From: Saccostrea echinata
Lineage: Eukaryota
Assembly: GCF_033153115.1 (NCBI RefSeq)
Contig: NW_026889779.1
Coordinates: forward strand, 9,052,001-9,116,000
Length of the DNA stretch: 64,000 nt
Direction of reading: 5' to 3'
Shown here: one piece after another, positions 13,972 through 27,360 of the stretch
Layout: each line of letters starts with the position of its first letter
How positions within the stretch are numbered: the first letter of the stretch is position 1
Notes under the pieces: model-generated
Seen by the model: the letters and a program-made list of their open reading frames with translations, nothing else
The model's database searches: none
Told to the model about the DNA's origin: nothing
Translations under genes and position numbers: made by a program

Positions 13972-16369
13972 GCGATGTGCTATCATTCACAATCAATGAA
14001 GGTATATTTAACATAATAAAAAAAAATACTTTTTCGTGATGTCATTAAGCTTAATTTAGTGATTGTTAATTTCAAGAAAAAAAAATAATAACGTTGAATT
14101 GTAAAAGATTATTTTAAAACATATGGTGCACAATTTAGCTTCTCTCTTTTCAAATTGAAGACATTTTTTATGTTTTCTGATTCACTGTGATTTGTGAATT
14201 GCTAGACGTAGGCTTGTTTTTACTTATGTTTTGATGGATTATCTTAGTTGAATTGCACTTTGCACAAGACCTAACAAAAATACATATATCAAAACTCCCG
14301 AAACCGATATCCTTTACACAGTCAAAAAGTAAAAATGCGTAATGGCCAAAAAAGATATTCTGACCTCCTGCGCTGGACCCCAGGGGAGAATTTCAGATCA
14401 TATTTGGAATGGATCGTAAGAGGAAGCTGTACTCTATCAGTTATTAAAATTATATAGCTCTGACTTTATTCTGTCTGATTTTATACAACCTTAGATACAC
14501 GACAGACATGAAAGCATTTTTGCGCATTTCCACACCCTTCAAACTTTGGCCGGTATAGGTTCCGCTTAATGCCGGGGCAGGTACACAATCTAGGCGTCAT
14601 AAGAAAATTAAGGAAAACTCAAGAAAAGGCGACAAAAAAAGGAAGGAGAAAAGGAGAGAAATTTCACCCTTAAAGCAAAAAAAAGTGTTTCGCGCATACT
14701 TTTTGTTCGCCTGACCTCTGTGCCGTGACCTTAAGATACTGTAGGATCGATCTCGATCTTCATTCTGTAACACATTAAACACATTTTCTTGATGCAGAGT
14801 ATTTTTTTGACACGGTGATTTATATATTTTTCAGATTTTTTTTCCGAACCACCCCTTTTTGGTGAACTTTCTTTACAATCTCCGCCCGTCGAAAGGATAA
14901 AGAATCGTTCCATGCAAAAAAAAAATTCCCGATCTTTATTCATATGTGTATATAGTTGGGGATTTCGATTCCTATAGCATAAATGATGTCTAATAAATTT
15001 TATTGTGAAAAGGGAATCCACAACAGCCCGGGCGTATACATCGAAGGGGTTCTGCCTACAAGTATCTCCGTGACACATAGTTTTCATCTCAGTAGTGTTT
15101 TCGTCGTCCCCTGATTTTTGTCGACCAAGTATATTTTATAGCTTAAGAATAAGGAGTATCTATTTTTATATTTTGCTATTTTTGAAGTAATTTTCACAAC
15201 TGCATTGCACGACTTGTACTTTATTTCTTTAATTAATCATAAAAAAAGTGAATAATTACTATGCAATTTTATGCACAAATGATGCGTTTGCGACAATGTA
15301 TGAGCATGGATATAGATTGTGTATTACGAGTAGTATAGTTGATAATGGGTCGAATTTCAAACAATCAGTAATGACTAAAAAACTCCGGTTACTTTATGGC
15401 TAACAAAGACAATATAATTTATTGAATTCTGAAGTATAAGAGGAGGGAAATTTTTGAAATTTATTTGAACTTCCGTCCATCCATAAATGCTGTCAATATC
15501 GAGATGGGCTCAAAATATTTCATCATTTTGGTATAAAACTAAGAACGTACTCCAATTCATCAATCGATCACCTGGGGTACAACGTGAAGTATTTCGGGTT
15601 AGAAGTTTACACCTTAGTATGAAGCATTTTATCTTTGTTTACATCAAAGGTAATCGAAGGCATCTCACTGACAAAGGGGATACCACGGTTCACACAATCC
15701 AATTTACCGCAAGGACACATAACATTCGGGCGTGAGGGAGTCAATTTCTAGTTCGAGAATGAAAACAGCTTGAAAATCATGTCATGTAATTTCCATGTAA
15801 TATACATTAAAAAGAAATAATGTATAAGCTGACAGCTGACATGTCGTTGGTTTATGAGAACTTATAAAATCGTATGTCAGGAAAAAAAAAATAAAAATAA
15901 AAGTCCGACCTCCTAGTAAACAAAGTTTTAAAGTGACCCAATTTATATAGTTTGAAATGTGTTGAGAAGGTTAAGACAATTTCAATGAACTAAATCCAGA
16001 AATTTCTCTAACATTACCAATCCAAATGACTTGATGTTGTATATCTGTGTAATAACGACCGAGAGAAAGAGAGAGAGAGAGAGAAACAGGTCATAAACAC
16101 AAAGGCCATCGCATCCATCAAATGACTAAACCCACAATCGCTATAGGCCATAATGTCGGAAACAGGCTGGACAACCAACAAAAATCTCCCAACTATAACA
16201 CAGCAAACTGTATGCAGTCACAATGTCGTAGCATTTTTTGTTTTAAATATTTTTATTTAACAAATGTCAAAAATTTTAATTTTTTTCGCACGAGTTCAAA
16301 CTTTGCCAATTGTGTGTCCCTTTCTTCGGGTGAAAAAACACATAAACAAACAAATGTCAAAACACTTAC

Positions 16370-16380
16370 CCTTCTCCCAT
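16370..16380 (-). CDS. Candidate alternative first coding exon of innexin 1 (MGEG)
   Basis: gagATG GGA GAA GG|gtaagt: consensus phase-2 donor with an in-frame TAG upstream. Gives MGEG-VEGILG. Confidence 0.6.
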
Positions 16381-17921
16381 CTCTGAGGACAAATGCTTCC
16401 TCTATCGTTTTTGGGTATTCCAAATTGTATTTCGCCTCAGAGACACTGAAATTAATTATCTCCACAGATTAGGTATAATCGGGGGACTGAATTCGTGACC
16501 CTCATCCAGAGCTTGAAACTTCGTTGGTCTAGCTGGCCCGACCTCTCGCGTGAATGTCCCAGTCGGGCAATAATACACCCACAGCGATCTTGACAAATGC
16601 TCGTATCCAATTAAAAAGAAATATACATTAATTAACGAACGCGTATTACGTACTGTTCTACGGAATTTCTATTAAAGCCTCGAGTGCATTTTTGGATGTA
16701 CATGTGTTTACAGGTGTTTCCTAAAAAGTGTGATTATATATCGTTTGCCTGTAGGAAATACGATCTCTTCTGAATTTTATGTAATGTGAGTTTACAAAGC
16801 TTTTCTCTCCAATGATTAAGTTAAAAAAAATGAGATAAGTTGAAACGTAGATGTATTCCTCATTTGTAATAAAATAAACGGGTAATCCAACCATAAAATT
16901 TCTTATCACGACAGCATCCTAGCTCTGCGCAGGCCCAGCAGAACATTTCATACACAAAAACAAAACAATTAATTTACTTTTTTATTATTTATTCGCATCG
17001 CTGAACAAAGTATTTTTTTTTAAATTCTGTATTACAAAAATAAGCATAAACCTTGATTTTCTATAAAAGGAATGCCTCTCTAATAAAACAGTTTCAACAA
17101 GAATTAAAACATCTCAATGACATGGATGACATCAAAAAAATCAAATGCAAGCTAATGCCATGAAGACAAGATGAACAAATGACAAAAAATAAAATATACC
17201 GAACATTGCGTGTCATTTAGATGAGATCACATTCTTAATACAGAAGCAAAGAAAAACAACAAAAAATGGGGATGTGGTTACATTTGGAGGAAAATATAAT
17301 CCGTTTACACAACATAAAATCGTTTCATACTAAATAAAATATCTTTTATTTGATGGATGCATTATTTACAAAACTAGCTACAGTGTTTTATACATAGATA
17401 TTATAGCATTTTCTATACAGAGGAAGACAAAGGATTCGTTGTTGAACCTTTCAGAAACTGAAGGCTAAATATCATAAAATAAGACTACATTAAAATGCTG
17501 AATCTCACAACCCAGATCTCACAAGCAACTTCCGAGCTTTTACTCCGGCTCTGTTAATATGCATTGTTTTAGGTGTGTCAGTGACACTGCTAAATACCAT
17601 TACCCAGATAATAATCCTTAATTGAGACTAGATTTTGTAATGCGTTGTTTCGTTATCTAAAAAGTTTACACTGCATATAATTATTAATTACATGTATTAG
17701 TACAACAACCATCATACAGAATTTTTAAACATATTGACTATGTATCTATGGAAGTTGAAAAAAGCACCAAGTCTGACGGGTGACTTTAAGATTGGCCTGA
17801 GAACTAACTAACATTCTGACATAAAACGACTCTAAAAATGGCGAAACTCGAAAGGCTAGAGGTCTCGACAATCGAGACATCACATGAATTGCTTGGGGGA
17901 AAAAATCTAGTCTACTAGCTA

Positions 17922-19148
17922 TCACGTGAGTGGTTCTTTGGCCTCGTCCAGCATACTGCTTTCTGGTTCCAGTTCTCTGTTCTTCTTTGTATTTTGTTTA
18001 TCTTTGAAGATACCCCACAACTCTTTGACAAGATCTGTGACGACAAGATCGGTGGTATTTCTAGCGATGATTCGAAGAAGGAAGACGCCATCATCCCGAA
18101 GATAACTCTCTGCGAATTTCGCTGCCAGTTTCTTGTCAAAGTTCGTATGCAGTTCGTTGTTTATCTTCAAAAACTTCTTGATGTAAGCTACCTTATTCCT
18201 GGTGAACATGATAAGGTAGATCCAGTTCAAAAGGTTAAAGGTGGCAATGCATGCAATAAAAATTAACCAGAACCAAATAAAAATGAAGATTTTCTCGTTG
18301 AAGAGGTTGATAGGAAGAACGCATTGTACTGTGAAGCGCTGCAGGTTCTGAAGTTGGCGAATGCGAATATCACATAGGGTGACGCGAGGAAACCTTGGGC
18401 TCTCTCTCCATGGACCACTCTGCCCCATGTTTTCCAAAAATTCGAATCCGTAAAAGTTATATGAAGTGGCGAGGAATGCGTTCAGTAAAAACAGTTGTCC
18501 AATGGCGTTTACGACGTACAAGACTTTGACAAACAGATACATGGCCGTGAGGTATCTTCCGGCGCGTTTGTTGCAGAAGAAACAGATGAATCGAGAAGCC
18601 TGATGCTTGGTGCGGACGAAAACGTTCCATTTGTACTCTTTGTTGGTATCCAGCCATTTATCCATGAATCTTGCAAGAGCATACAGATCTTTCTGTCTGT
18701 CATCTGGGTTGTCATACTGTGCCTTTTCTGCGAAGTAGACGCATTTATCCATGTTCAAGCCTGATCCGCCATTGAAAATTCTCCAGACCATGTTAGGAAG
18801 TTTAAATAAAAATGCCATGAAAAGTAAAATAATTGGCACCCATTGATAATACGTTAGTTCTGCCGACTGTCGCTGGTCGATGTTGACTGGAATTTCCTCT
18901 GTCATTGGAACATAGTAGGTGTTTTTCACCCAACAGTTCCATTTTGTATACGACTCCATATGGTCTTTGAATTCTGCAGGATTCCAGCATACTATCGGGT
19001 CTTTGAAGAACTGACCTGAGCTAATGGCAACGGTAAAAATTATGAGGAGGACGACTGTGACCACGTGACTCATACGGTCCAGGCCATCATCATTCGGCTT
19101 TCCACGAAGCTTCCGAAAGTTTGGGACGTGTCCCAGTAATTCAGACAT
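17922..19148 (-). CDS. Innexin (gap-junction protein, unc-9-like), 408 aa, single coding exon
   Basis: Contains DDGLDRM, CWNPAEF, YYQWVP, FPRVTLC and NEKIFIFIWFW, and is colinear with innexin 1. The acceptor ttttctcctctttacag|A ATG lies at 19149. Confidence 0.96.
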   Translation of the reverse strand: MSELLGHVPNFRKLRGKPNDDGLDRMSHVVTVVLLIIFTVAISSGQFFKDPIVCWNPAEFKDHMESYTKWNCWVKNTYYVPMTEEIPVNIDQRQSAELTYYQWVPIILLFMAFLFKLPNMVWRIFNGGSGLNMDKCVYFAEKAQYDNPDDRQKDLYALARFMDKWLDTNKEYKWNVFVRTKHQASRFICFFCNKRAGRYLTAMYLFVKVLYVVNAIGQLFLLNAFLATSYNFYGFEFLENMGQSGPWRESPRFPRVTLCDIRIRQLQNLQRFTVQCVLPINLFNEKIFIFIWFWLIFIACIATFNLLNWIYLIMFTRNKVAYIKKFLKINNELHTNFDKKLAAKFAESYLRDDGVFLLRIIARNTTDLVVTDLVKELWGIFKDKQNTKKNRELEPESSMLDEAKEPLT

Positions 19149-22100
19149 TCTGTAAAGAGGAGAAAATGCAATGATTAGCTACTTAAAGCTTAGTTTGCAA
19201 ACCTTTATCGGAAGAGGAAAAGACCTTGCTAATGATAGATACATGTACACTTATTTAGCAAGATTCATAATTCAGCGCCTCATGCCTTGTCAAAAATGCA
19301 CTAGCCCAAGATTACCGCCAGAATCCATATATGATTATTGTAAACGCATAACTATTGGTTGCGTTATGCAGATTGACAACTTATAATTTAGCGCCTCACG
19401 CGCTGTCAACACTAGTCCAAGATAACCGCCAAAATATGAATTCATCAGTAAGTGATTTTTTTGTAAATACAAAGATAAGTTAATTATTGATTGCGCTTAT
19501 AATTTTATAAATTACAGATGCGCTTATACACGACTTAGATTTCCTGTTGTGGGCGCAATATTCAAAGAAAAAAAAAAATAACTTCCCATTCAATTAGCCA
19601 ATGCATAAGGTTACACCGATATAATTAAAAGCTTTCACATTTTATCTCAATTATTTATCAACTTCCTACTTCTGATCAAATTTTTAAGATTAAAGCAAGA
19701 TTTTCATGAAAATTAAAGAAATATATCAATTATCACATGAAACCAAGAAAATAAAAGTTGGCCCTGAATTTGTTGATTGGGTTATGTATGTGAACTTAAA
19801 TGGTTTTTTATATTCTCTTATATCGTATGCATATCACATCAATCTTCTATCTTTTATCGCGGTGCTTGATAGCTGAACAAACGAAGCCAAGCATATATGT
19901 ATAAAAATAAACGACATAATCTGTATACATTGACAATTTTGCCTGAGGCAAGCCAGCTACAGACTTATCTTGGAGTGTGAAAGGACTGAGGCTCACCACG
20001 GGAGAAAATCACACTAAATCAACGGCTTTTCAAATGTCACTTGGTCTAAAGAGGGGAAGTGAATATTTGCCAAATTTAAGCTATATTTTGACAATCAACT
20101 ATATGCAAACTTTATTCCAAAATTCATAAAAATGCCATATCTGACATATGGAATTTGTGACGTCCTTATAACGAGCATGTACCATTTACAGAAAAAAATA
20201 CAATTTTCTAATCAATAAATTAATCTTTCTATTTAACATCATAAATTTCGCTTACTATTTTTTCTGCATGTGCTTTCATCATATAGTGTACTTATCTGAG
20301 GATCAGAGTTAAAATTCATAAAACTGTCAAACTTGACATACGGAATTACATGTATTTGACGTCCTAACATTTTACCACCCAATAAAATACCAAATTAACT
20401 CTTAATAACTTAATCTTTCTTTTCTAAATCACAAATTTGGCTTACTAATTTCTTTACTAGTGCTTTTTTCATCACATTGTGCCTTTTGATGCTAATAATA
20501 TCAAATACATGATCAACGTCAATATTTTGTCAATGTTTTACAAAAAAAGAATTTAAAGTATTGATTTCAATTTAAATTACATTTTTGATTGATACGAATC
20601 GGTGAAACGAATTATGACCAAGGAAAGCATACCACAAAATGTCTTGTTATTGACAAAGGGAAAGTGAATGCACTACCTAGAAATCATCAACCCATTAATT
20701 GCGACACTGTTACAAAAATAGAATTATAAGTACTCGAGTGTGATTCCTATGTTTTAACTCCTTAATGAGCAATTGAAAATACGACAGAGCAAACTTAGTT
20801 AAGTGTCACTTTGTTCAGTCATATAAGACCATGGGGATTAATTTTGTTAAGGCGCAATGAGTTGCAATCCCTCATTATATTTTTTTGAAAGCCACATGGA
20901 CTCGACATATTTACAAAACAATGTCATATAGCTATCCAAACAAATTATGCTTATTGTGACGGGAATTTAAAACATGCCAAACATTTTTAAATGGTTTCGA
21001 CTTTTTTCCCCCAGTGGTCCAAGGGCAGATAATTCTTGTATGGCTACCAGACCAAAAGTGAACAGGTGGATATTAAACATAAATTAGTACGTCGTTTAGA
21101 TTCACAGAAAAAGCCATGGAATATATTTTTCTGAAATACTTACAAACAATCTGAGAATACATAAACAAATATCGCCAAATTGCTTCCTTGTCAAACGGTG
21201 CATTAATTAACAGCTTAATTGACCTGTAAGCCGGGTGAATAACGGATTCAAAGCACCTATGATTAAACTGTTATACAATTTTACTGAAATTAGTCAAGAA
21301 TATACAAAAAACAGTATACATTTTTTTAAAAAAGAAGTGTGATAAATAATGGCTTTATATTGAAGTATATGAAGGCAGACTTACTTCAAGATCCCTTCTC
21401 AAGCTTAACAGTTACAAGACAACGAAAGTTTTTAAAGTCTTTATGAAAACTAAGACTGACGGTGTTTCAGTAAAATTGTTTTTGTCTGCAATATAAGCAT
21501 CGCGTGTGAAAATCGCGTCGTGTTAATAAAAACATGCAGTCTGAATATCCTACGGTCCTTATCAGCTGGGTGTAAATTGTTTTGACGGCCTGTGACAACT
21601 TTCAAAGTACCAAATTTTCCTATTTCAGAAATCTAACTTTCTTGTACTATAACTTTATTTAATACTTACCTTTTTATGTGTCAAAACTCCTCTGTATATT
21701 TGGTATCTTGTTTCCCCTGTCCGAAAGTGTGTTCCGAAGTAAAACCTGTAAAACTTTCGTGTCTGTTCGTCGACGTTACGGTTCACTGGTCGGCCAAAAG
21801 AGAGAAGGGCCACCGAAATACAAGTCGTGGGGCTCCTGCAGGGAACGTAAATAACAAGGTGACATTGTCCGCCGAATATTATTTCTATTTTATTCAAAAT
21901 ATACCGTGGATAAAATTCATGACCGATTGGATGCAGCAATTGAATTAAATAAATACATATAGAAATTTTGGTGAAATATTTTGAATACAATTTTATTGGG
22001 CGAGTGGATATGAACAATACGCCTCTCTCACTTGCTCTGGGCCCTGCTTACCCATTTATGTACCATTTCAGTTGACTTGGGTGAATACAGTGCTTGGGGG

Positions 22101-23013
22101 AAGTTCAAAATTATAATAAAACCTTAAAACTTTACAATATTAATAATTTCTTTACATTTTTTTAAATTCCCCATTGTATGCCCCAGGGACTTCTTGTTGA
22201 CAGACACGACAAACATCATAAACAAAATTCTAGCCCCTCCTATTCCAAAATTTCGTCATTTCATGCACACTTATCGAAATAGAATCCAATTATTGCATCC
22301 ATTGACTTAAAAAAGGATTGGCATAAGTGCACTTTCTAACTTATTTTGATGTTTTGAATTTTTGATGTTTTCAATTTTTTATTAATTTATTAAAACAGAT
22401 TTTACCTAGAATGATAAAAATCTCGATTTTTTTTATTATCAGATGAAAAAAGGAATAAAAAAATAGAAAAATTGAGATGAAAAAAATACAAAAATTGCGC
22501 TACAATCTGTCATGTTGATTGAACAGTGTAATATATGTTGACCCCCTCTAATAATAATAATGATGATAATAATAATAAATGGCAGTAAACGTTTGCTCTG
22601 CACATTTTAATAATTATCCGAGGTTTAGTTTCTTTTTGACTCCCTTGGCCATAAATAGTTAACGGGAGATAACTCTTATAAAAGTTCAAAATAAGACCAA
22701 TAAGAGTTGCATTGCTTGTTTCCTTCAAAGGATATTCTTCAGATAATCTCCTTTTCCGAAGATAACTTTTTCAACAATCTCCTCTTCGTGCATTGAACAT
22801 TGGCAACGTCATTAAGATGCACATTAACAATCTCATCAAAAAAAGTCCCCCCCCCCCCCCAGTGGTTTGGGTTTTCACTAATTAGAGGTATGTAATTTGA
22901 TTTCTTCTGACAATTAAGGAGAGAGACCAAAATAAAAAAAATCTGTTTGATATGAATGGACTCATAGAACACAAGGATGGCTATTTCTGATAATTTTAGA
23001 GCTGTGACCAACG

Positions 23014-23243
23014 CATGGCCGTAGGAACCCGGGGTGGGGTGGAGGGGGGCATTACTATACATTATTGTAGATTACTATAGAAAACATAGCTACTATATGC
23101 TGGTGCCCCCTTAATAAAATCGTCTGAAGACTTTTTTTCGCTTGTCAAGGAATATTTGGTTGTTGATAGTGCCCCCAACTGAAAACGTATGGCTGTGCCC
23201 CCCTCCCCCCTCACACACACTGAAATTGCTTCCTACGGGCCTG
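23014..23243. mobile_element. Small MITE with GC-rich ends
   Basis: Imperfect TIR CATGGCCGTAGGAA/TTCCTACGGGCCTG, with caac on both flanks. Confidence 0.5.
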
Positions 23244-23589
23244 CAACAATAAAAAAAAAATCATGAAAACATTTTATTTAACATAAAAATATAAATTATA
23301 AGAAGATATTTTAAAGATAGAAAGAAAATCTAATAAAACGTCAATAAAATCAGTTAAAGATCAGTTTAAGTTTATAAACATAGCTTATAAAGCTATAATT
23401 ATAAATACGGTGTAACAAAAACATTCTTGTTGATTTGATTACAGTTTTGCAACGAAATGCAACCATACAACAGCAATCTTACTGTTAGGAACGATTGAAA
23501 ACGTTAAATTCTGACATTGTAAATTTCCAAACTTTGTTAAGAAATCAGAAGTCCATGCATTTTGGTGGTATTAAGTATCACAAAACGAC

Positions 23590-24417
23590 ATTTTTGTGTC
23601 GCCTGCAGAGCAGAGATGCACTTAGGGATCAATTTACCCTGTCTGTCTGTCCGTCTGTCACACCCTTTATCTCGAGAATTGTAAGAGGTATGGATTTGAT
23701 ATTTTGCACATATACAGTATATATTGCTTGGTACTATGGCTTTTTAAATTACCATGGTTACTGACCTTGTGACCCTTGACCTACTTTTCAAAAATAGATC
23801 ATAGTGCCGATAAACGGAATATTTTTGACATTTAAGGGGTAGGTCTATGTTATTTAGCTTGTGCGCTGTTTGTCATGAGATATTATGAAAAAATATCAGC
23901 ATTACAATCCACTCATATAGATCATGTAGACTGACAATTGTAGTAAAGACAAACTGATCTCTTTTGGAGGATTGTTGAAAACACGTCGAGCTTATGATAC
24001 AGTGCTTTGAAACTGTATCGTATTCGCTTACCAAATAAACTTGTATTTAAATACTATAAAAATACATCGGGATTGGTATTCCAGGTGGATCATGTAGACT
24101 GACAATATTGCAGCAAATACAGAAAGAAATCCCTTTGGAGGATTGTTGGAAACACGCATTAATAAATGATAAATACTAGTAACCATTTCTAATATAATTT
24201 CTATTTAATTATTCATTTGAGGGTTAGGGAACAACATTTTCTTGTCAAATTCTATTGGAGTCTTATACTAATCCATGGATGTCATTTTTTCTTTGCAAGC
24301 GAATGCATAAACTATCATGCTAATAGTAAAAAGTAGCTGACTTCTTTAAGATTTATTTACATCTTTAAGGAAACTACAAAGCAGGCGACACATGAGTTTC
24401 TTGGAGCATTCCTGATT
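23590..24417 (-). mobile_element. Non-autonomous Helentron-type element with a ~167-bp internal dimer
   Basis: tttttgtgtcgcctgc... and its subterminal inverted copy gcaggcgacaca (~24381), a (CTGT)n tract, and duplicated gatcatgtagactgacaat...tttggaggattgttg units. Confidence 0.65.
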
Positions 24418-25499
24418 CAAAGAATCGCAATACACCGGTAAATAATTTAGTTTCTTTACTGTAAAGGTTTGCAAAAAAGGGACAAAACAAAACATAACCA
24501 CAAACACACAAAAACTAAACAACAAAAAGAAACAAAAACGGATATTAAGGGGTAGGGGGTAATGAAACTTCTGAAGGACTAGCCGATTACCTCCATAGCA
24601 TAAACTTAAATTCTAACAAGGGTTCCGTGTTACCTTGGAGGGTACTATTTCATTTACTACATATATGTAAGGAGATCCCTCTCCCACGCTCGATCCTCTT
24701 CTGAACAAAAGAAGTAAAAAGGCAGCCGTCACGAGAAAAGGGTGCTTAAGTATGGAGGATAATCGTGTTCAAATATCCAGTCTTGTAAGTTTGTAAATCC
24801 GAACTTACAATCGTAGCAGGTTCATAGTCTACACATGTAAGTAGGTAATTCTGATTAATTTTAGCATGTAGTTCCGAACATACATGTACAACTTCAGAAT
24901 TTACTGTAATTTTGCCCTGCTTGATATCATACTTGTACACTTCGTCTACTTGTAGTAAACAAGACATTAAACTTGCATGTGTTGTAAGTTATCCTTTCAT
25001 CCCTCTATACATGTTTTCTGCTATCTATTTGCCGAGAACACAAAGACAATTCACAAGTCTACAAATGTATAGTCTAGATTGTCAAATTTTAATAATGAGA
25101 AAGTATGGAGGAGTATCAGTACCGCATTTTTTAATGTTTTATTTTCTAGCTGTATTCTAACGTCTTGTTTTTCCAAATATCAATACCCCCTAAAACGTTG
25201 TCACGAACCCGCATTTACTGGATGGCTATTTTCAAAAACTTGATATCATTGCAATTAAATTAGGCACTGATCACAGTAGCCTAGTGTCTATGGGAGATAG
25301 CTTCGTACGCAATGGGAGCTCAGCGTTTGGTTGTCCAATCTTTCTGGTGCCGTGCCAAACCGAGATATTTTAAATACATGTAGAAAGTGACTATTCCTTT
25401 GGCATTGAAAGTCAATGGTCTTTCGACCCTAAAAACCGAAGCCCATCTAGATCCCCGCATGCCATGCATAAGCGGGAAATAATTCATATCATGAAATAT

Positions 25500-26765
25500 G
25501 GTGATAAAGAACAGTATTCAAGCTCAAAAGTCCATTCAAACGATAAAAATCAGGAGCAGAGCAAACAAGGACCTCTTAAACATCGGAGGAGGGATCAGGT
25601 GGCATGGAGAAGTGAGCATCCCTGCTGACCGGTCACACACACAGGGAAATAACAGAAAATCCAATCGACAAATCAGTGTGTAAATAATGGCATAACAATT
25701 AGTACGAAAAATGTCAGTCAGCATTTGACTTAATGGTAGATTTTTTTTTTTTGCTGACAAGGTCATTGTATCGACCGTAGAACTTACGAAATGATGACTT
25801 TAAACGAGACTGTTGATATCCTTTTTTCATCAACTTGTTTTGTCAATAACTAACCTCGTTTTAGAAATTGTCATACATAGCGCATGCTCTTGCGTAACGA
25901 ATCAACTGAGAGATATGCAGCTGATAAGAGTATATTGCTGCATAAGTAAGGGAAGTTGACGATTGAAAAGGTAAAGTCATCACGTTTATCATGAAGCTTT
26001 GTTGTTAGGTTATCATTAACGTCTTTTTCTAGTAAAATATCTAGGTATGAAACAGATGTGTCAGACTTTGTGGTATCTTTAATTTCAAGCTCACTGGGAT
26101 ATATCGTGTCGACATATGAACGGAAAAAACTATTGTTAATTGATAATATGTCGTCAATATATCTAAATGCCGAGTTGAAGGCCACAGCAAGTGTTTTCTT
26201 CTCATATATAAGATTTTTAATAAATTCTGCTTCATATGAGTACAAAGATAAGTCTGCTAATAACGGGGCGCAATTGGTACCCATGGGAAATCCGACAGAT
26301 TGTTGGAAGACCTGGTCTCCAAAAAACACATAGATATAGTCAATCAGAAACTCAAGTATATCTTTTTAATATCAACTTCAGAGTACTTGTGTTTACAAAC
26401 AGAATGTTTTTTAACAAAATAATTTTGTAAATGACCAATGACAAGGTAAATAAATTTTCGAGTTCCATTCTTATTGAAAAAGCAGCTGTCGATAATGTCA
26501 AAAAGCCTGGATTTTAATTTATCACTGGGAATGGTTGTATATAGAGTTGAAAACTCACACGTTTTTATGTTATTTTGGTAAAATTTTGTGATTTTAAATT
26601 TTTCCAAACGTTCCTTGCAATTTTTAAATATCCAGATCTGATTTACACAACTTCTCACAAATACATTGTTGCACAGTACTCCTGAAGTTTCTCCTTCACT
26701 GCTTTTTATATTTAAGTGAGGAGTAAAGAAAGAAGTTTGGAAGAACTCTTACTGGAACCCGCTAA
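25500..26765 (-). mobile_element. Degenerate Penelope-like retroelement, reverse transcriptase fragment
   Basis: Frameshifted ORFs contain FSTLYTTIP, QSVGFPMGTNCAPLLADL, FRYIDD and YLDI...TKLHDKRDDF, typical of Penelope-type RT. Confidence 0.85.
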
Positions 26766-27089
26766 TCGTTAAATATCGTTAAATAAATTGCGAACTTGTG
26801 AATTGCGCGGCATTATATATAGATACTGGAAAACATGTAGAGAACTGATTGGTAAGTTACACCACAATGAACACATTCAAGTTAACTTGCAACCCATTCA
26901 AGTTAAATATCTTGTTTTATACAAGTAGAAGAAATATACAAGTATGATATCAAGCGGGTCAAAATAAGAGTAAATTTTGAAGTACCCAGAAATGCAAAAT
27001 TTACAACATCAAAAATGCAAAAAAAAAAAGCCAGCTCAGTTATATATGCAAAAACGACTGACATAACTTTAACATGAAACTTAAACACT

Positions 27090-27360
27090 ACTCTCTCTCT
27101 CTCACCCCCCTGCAATTACTCTCCCTTTCTCTTTCACTCACTCTCTCCTCACCCACTCCTCTCTTTACTCCCCACTTACTGTCTCTCCCCACTAACTCTC
27201 TCTCTCTCTCCAACCACTCTCTCTAGACTCAGGCTCTCACCCCACATTCTCACACTCTCTCTCTCTCCACATGCTCACTCATTCTCTCTCCTCTCTCTCT
27301 CTCTCTCCACACTCTCACTCTCTCCCTGCCTCCCTCCCCACTCCATCTCTCTTTATTTCT
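27090..27360. repeat. CT-rich low-complexity polypyrimidine tract
   Basis: Degenerate (CT)n/(CTCA)n sequence. Confidence 0.9.

Noticed and set aside
16253-16465. 70-aa ORF as an independent gene
   Set aside because: It has a GTG start and no recognisable domain. It overlaps the candidate innexin first exon in another frame and runs through the donor.
21655-22017. 120-aa ORF upstream of innexin 2
   Set aside because: It has a TTG start, and its frame at the 21669 donor is phase 0, incompatible with the phase-2 acceptor. It is more likely promoter or 5' UTR.
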